Of a stretch of DNA of 64,000 nucleotides, positions 28,126 to 40,359 are shown in pieces. Source of the DNA: Pecten maximus (taxonomy: Eukaryota). The stretch lies in contig NC_047022.1 of the NCBI RefSeq assembly GCF_902652985.1, positions 21,452,001 to 21,516,000 on the forward strand, read 5' to 3'. Within the stretch, counting starts at the first letter, position 1, and every line of letters starts with the position of its first letter. Below the pieces are notes generated by a model. The model had not been told where the DNA came from, searched no databases, and saw only the letters and a program-made list of their open reading frames with translations. Position numbers and translations under genes: made by a program.

Positions 28126-28334
28126 GAATATATAAATGTCATTATCATTGTTTTGTTTGTGTGTGTTTGTAGTTGGTATCAACACTGACTGATTGTTATT
28201 GTCGGTAACAAGAACCATTTAAATCTATCACATATATCAAAGGTTATTAATTTAGAAATGGCATGAATTTATAGCTGGACAAGTCGATTGGACACTTTAA
28301 TGAATATATATTATGTCGAATAACCAATTGATGA

Positions 28335-28545
28335 CTTAAACAGGATATTGATGTATTGATAAACAGGATATAAATGTATTGATCAACGGGATATTAATGT
28401 ATTGATAAACATGATATTAATGTATTGATAAACGGGATATTAATGCATTGATAAACAGGATATCAATATATTGATAAACAGGATATTAATGTATTGATAA
28501 ACAGGATATTAATTTATTGATAAAAAGGATATCAATGTATTGATA
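28335..28545. repeat. 23-bp tandem repeat, about 9 copies
   Basis: TATTGATAAACAGGATATTAATG. Confidence 0.92.
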
Positions 28546-28591
28546 TTCACTAATCAATATGATATCCAGTGACAATTAAGAAATTTTGAGA

Positions 28592-29812
28592 TTAGACCAA
28601 ACCCGACCAGACCAGACCATACCAGACCACAGACCAGACCACAGACCAGGCCACAGACCAGACCACAGACCAGGCCACAGACCAGGCCACAGACCAGGCC
28701 ACAGACCAGACCACAGACCAGACCACAGACCAGGCCACAGACCAGACCACAGTCCAGACCACAGTCCAGATCACAGACCATAGACCAGACCACAGACCAG
28801 ACCACAGACCAGACCACAGACCAGACCACAGACCAGAACACAGTCCAGACCACAGACCAGAACACAGACTAGATCATAGACCAGACCACAGACCAGACCA
28901 TACCAGACCACAGACCAGGCCACAGACCAGACCACAGACCACACCACAGACCAGACCACAGACCACACCACAGACCAGACCACAGACCACACCACAGACT
29001 AGACCATACCAGGCCACAGACCAGACCACAGACCAGACCACAGACCAGACCACAGTCCAGAACACAGACCATAGACCAGACCACAGACCAGACCATAGAC
29101 CAGACCACAGTCCAGACCACAGACCAGAACACAGTCCAGACCACAGACCAGACCACAGACTAGATCATACCAGGCCACAGACCAGACCACAGTCCAGACC
29201 ACAGACCATAGACCAGAACAGACCACAGGCCAGACCACAGACAAGACCACAGACTAGACCACAGACCAGACCACAGACCATACCAGACCACAGACTAGAC
29301 CACAGACCAGACCACAGACCAAACCACAGACCAGACCACACACCAAACCACAGACCAAACCACAGACCAAACCACAGACTAGACCACAGACCAGACCACA
29401 GACCAGACCACAGACCAGACCACAGACCAGACCATACCAGGCCACAGACCAGAACACAGTCCAGACAACAGACCAGACCACAGTCCAGACCACAGACCAG
29501 ACCACAGACTAGATCATACCAGGCCACAGACCAGACCACAGTCCAGGCCACAGAGTAGACCACAGACCATACCACAGACTAGACCACAGACCAGACCACA
29601 GACCAGGCCACAGACCAGACCACAGACTAGACCACAGATCAGACTACAGACTAGACCACAGACCAGACCACAGACCAGACCACAGACTAGACCACAGACT
29701 AGACCATACCAGGCCACAGACCAGACCACAGTCCAGACCACAGACCAGACCACAGACCAGACCACAGACCAGACCATACCAGGCAACAGACCAGGCCATA
29801 GACCAGACCATA
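28592..29812. repeat. 12-bp minisatellite (CCACAGACCAGA)n, about 100 copies
   Basis: Direct periodicity with occasional GACCATACCAG interruptions. Confidence 0.97.
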
Positions 29813-31014
29813 TTTTGTGGTATGCCCTCTATGCGAGATATCTGTGTCAGCTCGCCATGAAGCTGATTTGCGATAGTGCGTGACTATTTTGTATATGATA
29901 TTGGTCTATCTGTAGGTCATCTTCCACCACATTACTGTCAGACAAATGTATTACTAGTCATGTTGTAACCGAGACGAGCAGTATTCAGAAAGCCTTCACT
30001 TGTTTGGGACATCATCGTGTTGATTTCGTACCAGGTACCAACCCGTACGGTGGTGACTTCGCGCTTCTCCTCAGTTCAAGATGGTCATGTCATTCAGAAC
30101 AAAGTCCCCGTTCCCCACTTTCATTCGGCGACCAGACAAAGTAATTGCCCGTTCCTCAATACGGTGAAATTGTTCGTTAAATAATGTAAAAGTTTATAAC
30201 ATATTTGACCCTTGTGGCCCTCAACGCATGTTCAACTTACATCTAATTAAAGTCATTTATATGAGAAATTACGATATACAGCCGATGTACATAGCGTGGA
30301 AAAGGGCCCCGGGCTTTACATTTTTTAGATTTGTTATACAAAGGAAAAAAGTTGATTGGTAGATGGACGCTGCACCTTACCACAGTCAGTACAAGGTGAA
30401 CTGATTATTATGTACACATATTATCTCTGGTAATATATATTAGGTAAGCATTCTTAAGAACTCAGAACAATGCCTTCTTATGTTGTATCGGGATTTCCAT
30501 ATACTGATTAATGTTGTTAGATGCGAGTGAAATCTTATGTCGTAAATACTACAGTGAATGTGTCTGTGTAACTCTAGGTCGAAAGCTTAAGATGGCGGGA
30601 ATTTTAAGAAAACCGTGGATGCACCGGAGCGAATTTTGATGTGCCATCGTTGACCAAAAGGAAGTTTAGAGCACTTGTGTATTTGTTAAGAGGTGTGCAC
30701 CTGAATTTTCAGGACAAGTCAGGGATTGGTTCTTCCTGGTTCCAATTTCGTTTGAGATGACGTCATTTCAAGTTTTAATCCACTTATAGAGCTCCATTGA
30801 TCAAGATATTCTACAATTTTGTCCCTTCACTTGTGATAGCACCTTTACATATCGACCTTTACATGCGTAATATCGCGTTAATTTCGTGTAATAACGCGTA
30901 AAAATATATTTTCCTCCTACGAAAATCATTCCAACCGGTTTCTGTACATGTGTGAGAAAATTACCAATGCCTAATGTTTAAAGATTTGTACTTAGTGGCG
31001 ATAATTTGAGTTTT

Positions 31015-31028
31015 TTGTTGTTATTGTT

Positions 31029-31064
<36 letters not shown>

Positions 31065-31070
31065 TGTTGT
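31015..31070. repeat. (GTT)n microsatellite
   Basis: Visible directly. Confidence 0.9.
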
Positions 31071-31589
31071 TCTTTCCGTTACTGGGAATACTTGTTTTTA
31101 GCTATTACATTTTGTATGTAACATTTATTTCTATTTCCTATTTGAGTCAACAAAACACTTTAACATTACGCACATAAAGACCAAGGTTAATCTACATTAA
31201 GAGAAACAAACGTGTCTCGTCTTTTATTTTGTATTTGTTACCGAAACAAACGTGTCTCGTCTTTATAAGATATTTTGACCTTAAAGTACGTATTTGTTAC
31301 AGAAAGAAAGTTTCTTGTCTTTATAAGATTTTTTGACTTTAAAGAACGTATAATTTGTTACCGATTATAGACACGATCATATAGATCTATTTACCCTTAA
31401 AAATATCTGACCGTAACATAAGATGAAATATTCTACACTTAAGGTCAAATCATTTGACGTTAAATATAATATTATATATTTCCACTGCAAAATCTTATAT
31501 TTTCACTGCTCATCGCAGCGATGAAAATACAAGTTTTATCACTTTACTAAATTTCTTTATTTCACTGGCATAAGTGCAATAAATAAAGC

Positions 31590-33000
31590 ATATCTAATTG
31601 TGTTCAAATCAAATATACATGTATTTCACGAGTGTGGCTAATGTGTTTATGTTTTTCGCCAGTGCGTAGCACGAGTGAAAAAAATATCACAATTAAATAT
31701 TAGCCACACGAGTGAAATATATTTGGTATTACTGAATATATCGTTAGATATTCTGTTTATTACATTATATTTACATTTTGGTGGCAAAGCCACGATATAA
31801 ACTAAGTAAAAAGATTTGCAGTCTATGTGACCATAATTGACACCCAAAACGTGACGACAATCCATGCCGCGCATGAATATATTCACCCACCGGAACTACT
31901 TGTAACTAACGTAAATCGTTTTTTATGTTAATTAAAAAGTATCAAAAAGACATTTTATACAATAATGTTATACAAATAACAAAAATAATTGAACAGACTT
32001 TGTTTTTTTCCTATTATTTCAATGCATTTTTTTGTTTGCCAATCTGCACGTGACAAATGAATTTTGAAAAAATAGGCTGTTCTATTTGTCGAACCCCATT
32101 GACGAAATCGCTGAATATTGGCATTTTTATGCTAACTCAATTTCAATTTTCAAAAATAACAAAACGAATATGTCGAGAATGTAAATAGCGCACAATATGA
32201 CGTTTGTTTGCAAAGCTCTGGCATCTACATTTGTATATCGACCATAGACACCAAAAAAGACAGTTTAATTAAGCATTGATGTCATTTTTTTTTAGTTTCA
32301 TCGGGGTATGAAACAAATTTTGTTTGCAAACTGAATTCATACAGTTTGCAAACAAAATTTGTTTCATACCCCGATGAAACTAAAAAAAAATTGACACCAA
32401 CGCTTATAATTAAATTTTGAAAATGATGTTCTAATTTAAAACATGTTTTATGTACAATTTTACTGGTTTAATACGCAACGTCAATTGTCGTATTGTGACG
32501 TCACATTTTTCGCGCCATTCTCGGAATTTCTTTCATAGAAGAATGAAAAGAATTTTTCGATCAATCACATTTGAGTATTTACCATAAAAACAAAGAAAAA
32601 AATAATTATTCCTTAAAAATACAATGTAGCAAAATATACTGAGACAGCCCAATCTCTTCCAGAATGCATTGCGATCCCCTGTCAACGGCTCAGAAAATTA
32701 AATGTACGCCATTCAACTCGTGACGTTCTGTGTTCTATCTTACATTGTGACGTCATATTAATTACGCGCCTAAATATGTGCAAATTTTAATTTCCCCATT
32801 GAAGTTTGTATTAGCAGTGTTCTGATTGGTCAAATCATAAAAAAGTGTTTCGGTACTGAGACATATACAGACTCAGAGACTTGTATATCTAATATACAAG
32901 TCCCTGACAGACTGTATATTTGTCTCTGTTTTCACTGGTGAAAAATATCACTTTCATGAATGAATACTTTTCGATATTTCACCGGTAAAAATGTAATAAA
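31590..33000. mobile_element. Probable non-autonomous element(s) rich in internal inverted repeats
   Basis: IR ATTTCACGAGTGTGGCTAAT (31623) / ATTAGCCACACGAGTGAAAT (31699); central long hairpin; terminal TTCACTGGTGAAAAATATC..GATATTTCACCGGTAAAA. Confidence 0.45.
32271..32405. repeat. Long hairpin with arms of about 63 bp and an 8-nt loop
   Basis: TTTTAGTTTCATCGGGGTATGAAACAAATTTTGTTTGCAAACTG followed by its exact reverse complement. Confidence 0.95.
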
Positions 33001-33580
33001 AAGTCTTATAAGTCTTATATCTTATTGATATTAGATATCTTAAAGATAAATAAGATTATGATATAGAATCTATAAGATAAATTATAAAAGATAGTCATAA
33101 GATAACTCATTAGATTAGCTTTAGATAAGATATAGAAGTTCTATCTTATAAACATGTAATATACAATGGAAGTGTTATCAATGAAATTCGAATTTCATAA
33201 ACCTCATGATCATGCATACTAAAGAGAAATCATAGGTAATACATGTACAATAGCAAGTCACCTGACCTGAATTGTCATGTGTTTCAATCAGAGACCTATA
33301 GTATATAGGTCTCTGTTTCAATGGAACCAGAGACGTATATATTATAGAAGTCTCTGATAGAACTTAGTGCTAAAGACGATAATCGCTCTCATTATACAAG
33401 GGGTATAACTCCGAACCTATAACTCCAGCTTATTAGCGGAACTCTTCTTTGAAGAAGGGGGCCTTTTTATTTCCAAACAAATGGCGGGTTATCGGCAGTA
33501 GGGCAATATAATAATGCGTTTGGAGTAGACTTTTTTTAATGATGGGATCTTGTCTGTTTTGACAAGCGATGCCAGGTGAA

Positions 33581-33691
33581 ATGGCCTTGTCGACTCAGCC
33601 AGATGATCATGACAGCCATTATGTCTTACTGGCTAAAATTGACAACGCTAGAAACGTGTCTAATATCCTCAAAGCTATACATTTCAAAGAG
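33581..33691 (+). CDS. RAD1: Cell cycle checkpoint protein RAD1 (9-1-1 clamp), exon 1
   Basis: MALSTQ...YVLLAKIDNARNVSNILKAIHFKE|gtaaac; alternative in-frame ATG at 33569. Confidence 0.93.
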
Positions 33692-34305
33692 GTAAACAAA
33701 TGTGTTCGTCAAATAAGTGTAGCTAGCCGGCCTATGTTATCAACGGTATTTTAACAGTAATTCATGCATATTTTTCATTCCCCGCTTCCATACGATCTTT
33801 ATTCCAGCTACAATTTATGTCTGATCTATAATCGTAAAGCTGTGTCAACCCTTCCTATTTGTTTATAATAAAAATCTATATTGATAATATAGTCTATAAA
33901 ATACGCTTTACAAATAAGTATACAGGGTATTTTTATGGATTATTATATATTCTTATTGAAAAGAATGTCAAACTCCTATAATTTGTTTGATCTGTACTTC
34001 ATGATCAGCTAGCTGAATATATATAGCTATGTCAATAACATTTTATTTAGAGTCATTTTACATAGTTAAACAGATTTTAAAACCTCACACATGTATCTAC
34101 TGTTCCTACCTTGATAGAAAACTCTTTTTTTTTTTTTAAATTAGATTGAAAATAAGACATGCTTTTCATTATCCACAGCATAATCTTTTAGGTTCAATTT
34201 CTTTTTTAACTGTGTTGCTGTACATTTTCTCTCCACTTTTAAAAACCTGACATAGGTCTATACAGTTACTCCAACAGCAGCTAGTCTCTCAAAACCTGAC
34301 AACAT

Positions 34306-34376
34306 AATTAATTTCTGGACCTATCAAAACTTCTGAAGGTCATCTTCAGAAGTTTTGATGGGTCCAGAAATTAATT
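34306..34376. repeat. Hairpin with 33-bp arms and a 5-nt loop
   Basis: AATTAATTTCTGGACCTATCAAAACTTCTGAAG-gtcat-CTTCAGAAGTTTTGATGGGTCCAGAAATTAATT (one mismatch). Confidence 0.93.
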
Positions 34377-34438
34377 TTGTTATGCAATGTACATATATGT
34401 AACAAATATGAGAAAATCAGTGTGTGATAATATAAGTA

Positions 34439-34704
34439 TGGGGCGCCGTTTTACTATTTATTCCCATTTGGTGATATCACCTATTCGAATGAGTGATATC
34501 ACCTATTCGAATAAGTGATATCACCTATTCGTTTCATTAAGTGATATCACCTATTGGAATGGGTGATATCACCTATTCGAATAGGTGATATCACTTATTT
34601 GAAAAATGAATTGGTGATATCACCTATTCGAATAGGTGATATCACTGATAATGATTGAATAGGTGATATAACCAAATGGGAATAAATAGTAAAACGGCGC
34701 CCCA
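34439..34704. mobile_element. MITE with TA target duplication and internal palindromic tandem repeats of about 22 bp
   Basis: TIR TGGGGCGCCGTTTTACTATTTATTCCCATTTGG and its reverse complement; TA on both flanks; internal GTGATATCACCTATTCGAAT units. Confidence 0.9.
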
Positions 34705-34847
34705 TAGATAAGAGGGAAAGTCTGTTACAAATTAATGTATATCGTGTGATTGCAGGCTTCTGTATAGATTCAGTTATTGTTGTATTTCACCATTTGATTG
34801 AAAACTTGTTATAATCAGCTGACATTGTAATTATTTTTATTCTTAAG

Positions 34848-35003
34848 TCCGCCACTGTGTTTGCCAGTTCCATGGGTTTAAAGGTAACCGTGGAAGATGC
34901 AAAGTGTGTACAGGCCAACGCCTTCATCCAGGAGGGACTGTTCCACGAGTACCACATCAGGGAGGACCAGGTCACATTCAAGATCAATCTCACCGTGTTA
35001 CTT
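34848..35003 (+). CDS. RAD1: RAD1 exon 2
   Basis: SATVFASSMGLKVTVEDAKCVQANAFIQEGLF...FKINLTVLL|gtgagt. Confidence 0.95.
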
Positions 35004-35405
35004 GTGAGTTCTAGATATATATGACAGCAGCACTAACATCGATCTCTGTAAATCAGATCATTATCACAAGGTATTCGTAGCATTATAACAGCAATAATAT
35101 TACTCATGCAATGCAGTCAACATATCTGAAAATATGGCCTCCTTCCTTCATGTATTAGTAGTCGAATCAGAAGAGATGGCATATAAATATGTATATGGAA
35201 ATGTAATTTTAAAGTTTTCGATATGTTTTGTGTGGTTTTGAAAGCTGTATGTGTATGTATTTATCCTGCAGTAAGTCCAGGAACAACACAATATTTGACT
35301 CAAAATGAATAGACTTTTTGCGAACAATTAAATGACTTTGATCATTATAGCACACGTGTCTATAGTTTTTATAAGTATTTATAAAACAGTAGGAGCATGG
35401 GCTCA

Positions 35406-37137
35406 TTTTGAGCTTGTCATTTTGAAGAAGAGGGAGAGCTTATGTTGTCACTCCTACGTTGGCGTTGGTTTTTCAAATGTTAAGTTTTTGGTGCAAGTGT
35501 TGAAAGGCATAGTAATTTATGGTAATATGCATATGGTCCCTTTGGGGGTAAACTATCCCCTGCCGGAGTTAAACTAAAAGATTATTTTGGGAAAAAAACA
35601 GATTTTTCAAATTGTTGGACTTAGAATATTTCTGCGTTAAGTTTTTGGTGCAAGTCTTGAAAGGTAATAATACATCACTTTATAATTGTACTAGGGTGCT
35701 GATATTTGGCAATAGAGTCCCTATGGAGTAAGACTATCCCTTCCTGGAGTAAAACTAAAAAAAATGGATTTTTTCTTTTTAAATCTGTTGTTTTTTTTAA
35801 TCCTTGGACTTCTAAAGTTACATTATCCCTTCTTGGAGTGAAACTGAAAAAAAAAACCAATGTGAAAATGCTCACATTAGACAATTTATACCGGCCCACA
35901 TTTTTCAAGGGAGACAACTCTCATTAGGTTAATATTTTATAAAAAAAAATGAAGAAATAGGTCCAAAAGCAATTACATTTGTGTTTAATATATTTATTCA
36001 ATCTACAACACCATAGCTTGTCTCCTGAATGTTTGTCAATACATAATTTACTTATATATATAATTGGTATGGTTTTGAAAATTGCATGAATACACAAAAC
36101 ATAATCTGATCAAGTAAACAATATACAGTTGTGTGATCGCATAACGTTCCAAAAACATTGTGCAGACATCATGCAGACATCGTGCGCACAAATGTGCGAT
36201 GTGCGATACAAACAGCAGAACTGTGCGATGTAAACAGCACAGCTAATGATCGGTTTATAAATATTACGAAATAACTAGTTATACGAAAACATATACGAAA
36301 AATATTAAAATTTTGATATAAGATGGTCGCTATTATATATATTCGGTGCATAACAATTGTTTTCATTCATGGACCATGTATGACCTGTTTATTTTTCGCC
36401 ATTTAAGTACCGTCATTTTGCCTCACAAGTATTCGTGATGACGGCCTGGTGATACATGTACATGTTCATGTACCAGAATGGTAGACGGACTCCACTACAA
36501 TTAGTTATCTTACTTAATACATAAATTACATATAATATGTATTTTTAAACAAAAAAGAAGTGTTTCTATTCAAAATAAGTCGTTTTATCTGTTGTTTAGT
36601 TTTACATGTATTAAGTAGCCTGTATATAATCTCGCCGAATACACATTTCTTCGACTTGGCCTGGAGGTGTCCTCGACAACGTCCGAGCAAATTATATAAA
36701 GTTCTTTAAAAATAACTTATTTAATTATACATCATTATTTAGTTTCATTCCTAATAATTATTGCATATATTTCAACAAAAATATGGTAATTAGCTGCCTC
36801 GTAAAATGTTAATCGTTGTATATATCTTTTACAATCGTTCCACACATTTAAAAAAATAGATGATGCATCCCTCATTTTATATCTACCACGATACCTATCA
36901 CACATGTACCGTTCCAATCGCCCATCGTGTGCACATTTTCCTGCACGATCCATATCGCACATCGTGCAGACTTCGTGCGCACATCGTGCAGACATAGCGC
37001 ATCGTGGAACGTTGTGCGATCACTTAACTGTAAATATTATTAATGCAATTTGCGAAACCATGCCAATTGATTTATTTTCATTATTTATTGACAAAAATTT
37101 GCGAGACGAGCTATGCTGTTCTCCAACAGCTCTTGTT
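35406..37137 (+). mobile_element. Helentron-type non-autonomous element (HINE), family A copy 1, interrupted by a DNA transposon
   Basis: 5' GAAGAAGAGGGAGAGCTTATGTTGTCACTCC; 3' GAGACGAGCTATGCTGTTCTCCAACAGCTCTTGTT; near-identical to 45443-47735. Confidence 0.8.
36126..37030. mobile_element. Non-autonomous TIR DNA transposon (Tc1/mariner-type TA TSD), 905 bp
   Basis: TIR CAGTTGTGTGATCGCATAACGTTCCA / TGGAACGTTGTGCGATCACTTAACTG; TA flanks; empty site in the paralogue at about 47625. Confidence 0.9.
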
Positions 37138-37555
37138 TTTTTTATATGTTTACTAACCAGATACAGAAGCCTGTAATTACCAGGGATAGCAATTAACTGC
37201 AATTATGTACAGGTGGGCAAATTCAAGGCACATGTTTATCTACAGATATATAATAATGTAGCTGTGAGATAGTGATACATTTTTAATTTATATTTTAAGT
37301 TTCTGTCACTTAATTCTGTCATGCTGTATTAGTCTGGTTCTGATTGATATCCATGAGCTCCAAGTTCATTGCATAATTATTTTCAATATAAAATTTGTGA
37401 TTTAATTTATTTGTCCTCTGATATAGTACTGTGTATACACATATCTATAGATATGAAAATTAAATGTACTGAAATACCACTATGTTCAAATTGACCTTTG
37501 TTATGTCCAGACATACAGGAATTTACTATTCAGCTTATTTATTTCCATGTGATAG

Positions 37556-37650
37556 GAATGCCTGACCATTTTCGGGACGAGTCCGGTACCTGGTATGACC
37601 ACCACACTGAAGATGTGTTATGGTGGCTATGGGTGTCCACTCATCCTCAT
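37556..37650 (+). CDS. RAD1: RAD1 exon 3
   Basis: ECLTIFGTSPVPGMTTTLKMCYGGYGCPLIL; donor gtaagt, phase 2. Confidence 0.95.
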
Positions 37651-38180
37651 GTAAGTGTATAGTTCTTCGCCCAGATGTTCAAAAGGTGATTTGAAGGGAC
37701 ATCATGGTAAAAACATTATCTTTTTTGTTGATTGTACATGTTTTATACACTTCAATTTTAAATTTCATTTCCATGTTCTCAAAATACTCGCATCAGTTTC
37801 CAGTGTCCAGCTTGACCACACAGTTAAGTTGAGAAACCCCTCTCGAATATAGAGCTGATAGAGCACATGTCTGTTTTGAAAATGAGGCAGTGATTTTGTA
37901 AACAGAAACACCTGATGCAGAGACGCTGTATATATATGTAAACACCTGTTTTTCAACAACAGGTTTGGTTATAGTTGTGGCAGATGTTATTTAATAACTA
38001 AAGTCAATTCAGAATCATCAAAAGGTGACATTTACACTGACCAAAAACAAAAACAAAAACATTTCTGATGATTTGTGTCAGTATTGTCAAAAATGGCTTC
38101 AATGGTGACATGGTACCTGAATAAATGGTAGGATGTGATGTAATTTGACTCCAGAATGAGATTGACAGTTCTTGTTTTAG

Positions 38181-38292
38181 GTTAGAAGAAGATGGAGTGC
38201 TGACTGACTGTAGCATTAAGACTTTGGAACCTGATGAAGTTCTAGATTTCAACTTCAGTAGCACAAATGTTCTCAACAAAATTATCATGAAG
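38181..38292 (+). CDS. RAD1: RAD1 exon 4
   Basis: LEEDGVLTDCSIKTLEPDEVLDFNFSSTNVLNKIIMK. Confidence 0.95.
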
Positions 38293-38667
38293 GTACTGTT
38301 TTGTTAGTGGTTGTTGGAATACAGTCCATCGATATCTGGAGCCTATTTCGTACTACTGTACAACTATAGTACATACCCGGTATTTATAATCCACTCTGAG
38401 ATATATGTATAAAATGGATCAAATGAACAACTTTTAAAGGAAACAAAAATGAAAATTTCATGGATTTTTGTATAATGTTTTTGTCTTATTTTAAATGTAA
38501 GTCCACAGACTTTGTGACACCTATTTTGTATGGAATGGAGCTCAAATTGGATCATATACAAATGTACTTTAATTAATATGAAATCTATTTCGGTTCACTC
38601 AAATAAATTTAAATATCAATACACTACTGGCTAGGTGTCTTTTAAGATCTATTATTTCCTGTTACAG

Positions 38668-38790
38668 TCAGAGTGCCTGAAGGAAGCATTCAGTGAGTTA
38701 GATATGACCAGTGACATCCTTCAGATCCTCTTGTCCCCAGATCAGCCATACTTCAGGCTGTCCACCTACGGCAATGCTGGCAGTACCCAT
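38668..38790 (+). CDS. RAD1: RAD1 exon 5
   Basis: SECLKEAFSELDMTSDILQILLSPDQPYFRLSTYGNAGSTH. Confidence 0.96.
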
Positions 38791-39340
38791 GTATGTACTA
38801 GGTACCAAAGATCTACTAACCTATTCTTGTATTGAAAGTCAACACATGCTTTATTCTACATCATGAATATTTCTAGTACAAGTAATGTTTTAGGAAATTT
38901 AGCCTTGTTGAAAAAGACTGATTTTGAATGAGGACAGCATTCTAAAATTAATAAATATCAAAAATATCCAGCCGCCCTTGTGTATTTTCTGTTTTAAGAG
39001 TTTGATTCTAAACCATACTGAAAATATTGACAAAATAAAGGATTTGGTTGACAACTGACAAGAGTTACAGTGTAATAATCGGATAAAGCAAGAAATACAA
39101 AAAAAAAAGTAGAAAAAATAATAGAATAGAATTAAAAGCAAGGTAGCAATTGAAACCGATTTATTTCTAAATCTGTATTATCCTTCTCCTTGTAAATAAG
39201 TGTGCATATAACCATTGTTTTGCTACTTTGTATACAAGATGGCCATTGCTTTTCTGGTTTTGATTGTTATTAAGATCCAATTAGCAACTTTATTCATATT
39301 AGTGTGTAACTGTTTACCTGTCGTCTTACAACAAGAACTT

Positions 39341-39575
39341 GTTATAGTCATTAGCAACGTGTTAACATTAACAGAGCCAACACCGATGTATAGTCATAAG
39401 CAACGTGTTAACATTAACAGAGCCAACACCGATGTTATAGTCATAAGCAACGTGTTAACATTAACAGAGCCAACACCGATGTTATAGTCATTAACAACGT
39501 GTTAACATTAACAGAGCCAACACCGATGTTATAGTCATAAGCAACGTGTTAACATTAACAGAGCCAACACCAGAT
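39341..39575. repeat. 47-bp tandem repeat x5
   Basis: GTTATAGTCATAAGCAACGTGTTAACATTAACAGAGCCAACACCGAT. Confidence 0.95.
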
Positions 39576-39672
39576 GTAAATGGGATGCTGCATATATTCA
39601 GTGTTTGTCATTTTCCACGTACTCAAGCATATTCGGTTTAATAAGTGGATTCTTTGTCTGCTGGCCAGAAAA

Positions 39673-39937
39673 CAAATAATCCACTTTCTGGGCCCAGTTG
39701 TTCAAAAGGTGATTAGGTTAATCACATATTAACAACATTTTTCAAATCCTGATATAATAATTTTTGGTATAACTAACTTAACGAAACTTTAGGAAACTCT
39801 AAAATTCTTAATTCTCTTCCAACTGGCATAATTTAAAGATGATATACTCATAGGTTTTGCAACAAATGAGAAATGAAATTTTCACTAATCAAGTGATTAA
39901 GCTAATGAACAACTTGGCCCAGAAAGTGGATTATTTG
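39673..39937. mobile_element. MITE-like element with terminal inverted repeats of about 32 bp
   Basis: CAAATAATCCACTTTCTGGGCCCAGTTGTTCA ... TGAACAACTTGGCCCAGAAAGTGGATTATTTG. Confidence 0.8.
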
Positions 39938-40100
39938 GTGTTTAGTATATTGTGATTAAAAAAAAAATCACATGCCTTTGAATTATGTTGTTAACTTATA
40001 TTTGTGTTACTGCAAAAATATTAAAATATGGCAACATGCAAGCCCAACAAACTTGAATGAGTTGTCAATGTGGTTAGGTATTGTTTGTCTTATATTTCAG

Positions 40101-40165
40101 TCTGATTTTCCTAAAGATTCGGATATGGTGGAGTCTTTTTTATGTACACAAACACAAACCAACAG
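40101..40165 (+). CDS. RAD1: RAD1 exon 6
   Basis: SDFPKDSDMVESFLCTQTQTNR; ttcag acceptor and gtaaaa donor. Confidence 0.94.
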
Positions 40166-40359
40166 GTAAAAACAATATTTTAAAGGTATATGTCCAAATT
40201 TTGAACTTGATTGTTTATAATATTTTGACTTTTGATGTCAGTTTTAGGACTGAAAAAACTCTGAAAATTACTCATGAAAAACGTTGCTTTCTCCAAAAAA
40301 TAATCACCTATGTTCTTGGTTGTCAACATATCAAACCATTAAATGGTTGTCAGATTGGT

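Noticed and set aside
27056-28148. Long minus-strand ORFs (Val-rich 353 aa; Cys/Gly-rich 340 aa resembling metallothionein or keratin-associated proteins)
   Set aside because: By-products of a stop-free 30-bp repeat, with no unique domain or splice support
28554-29786. Many WSVV/CGLV ORFs
   Set aside because: Translations of a 12-bp repeat with frequent frame-breaking units
29916-30180. Candidate exon after TCTGTAG
   Set aside because: One frame is open for about 75 codons but has no recognisable homology or partner exon; not supportable
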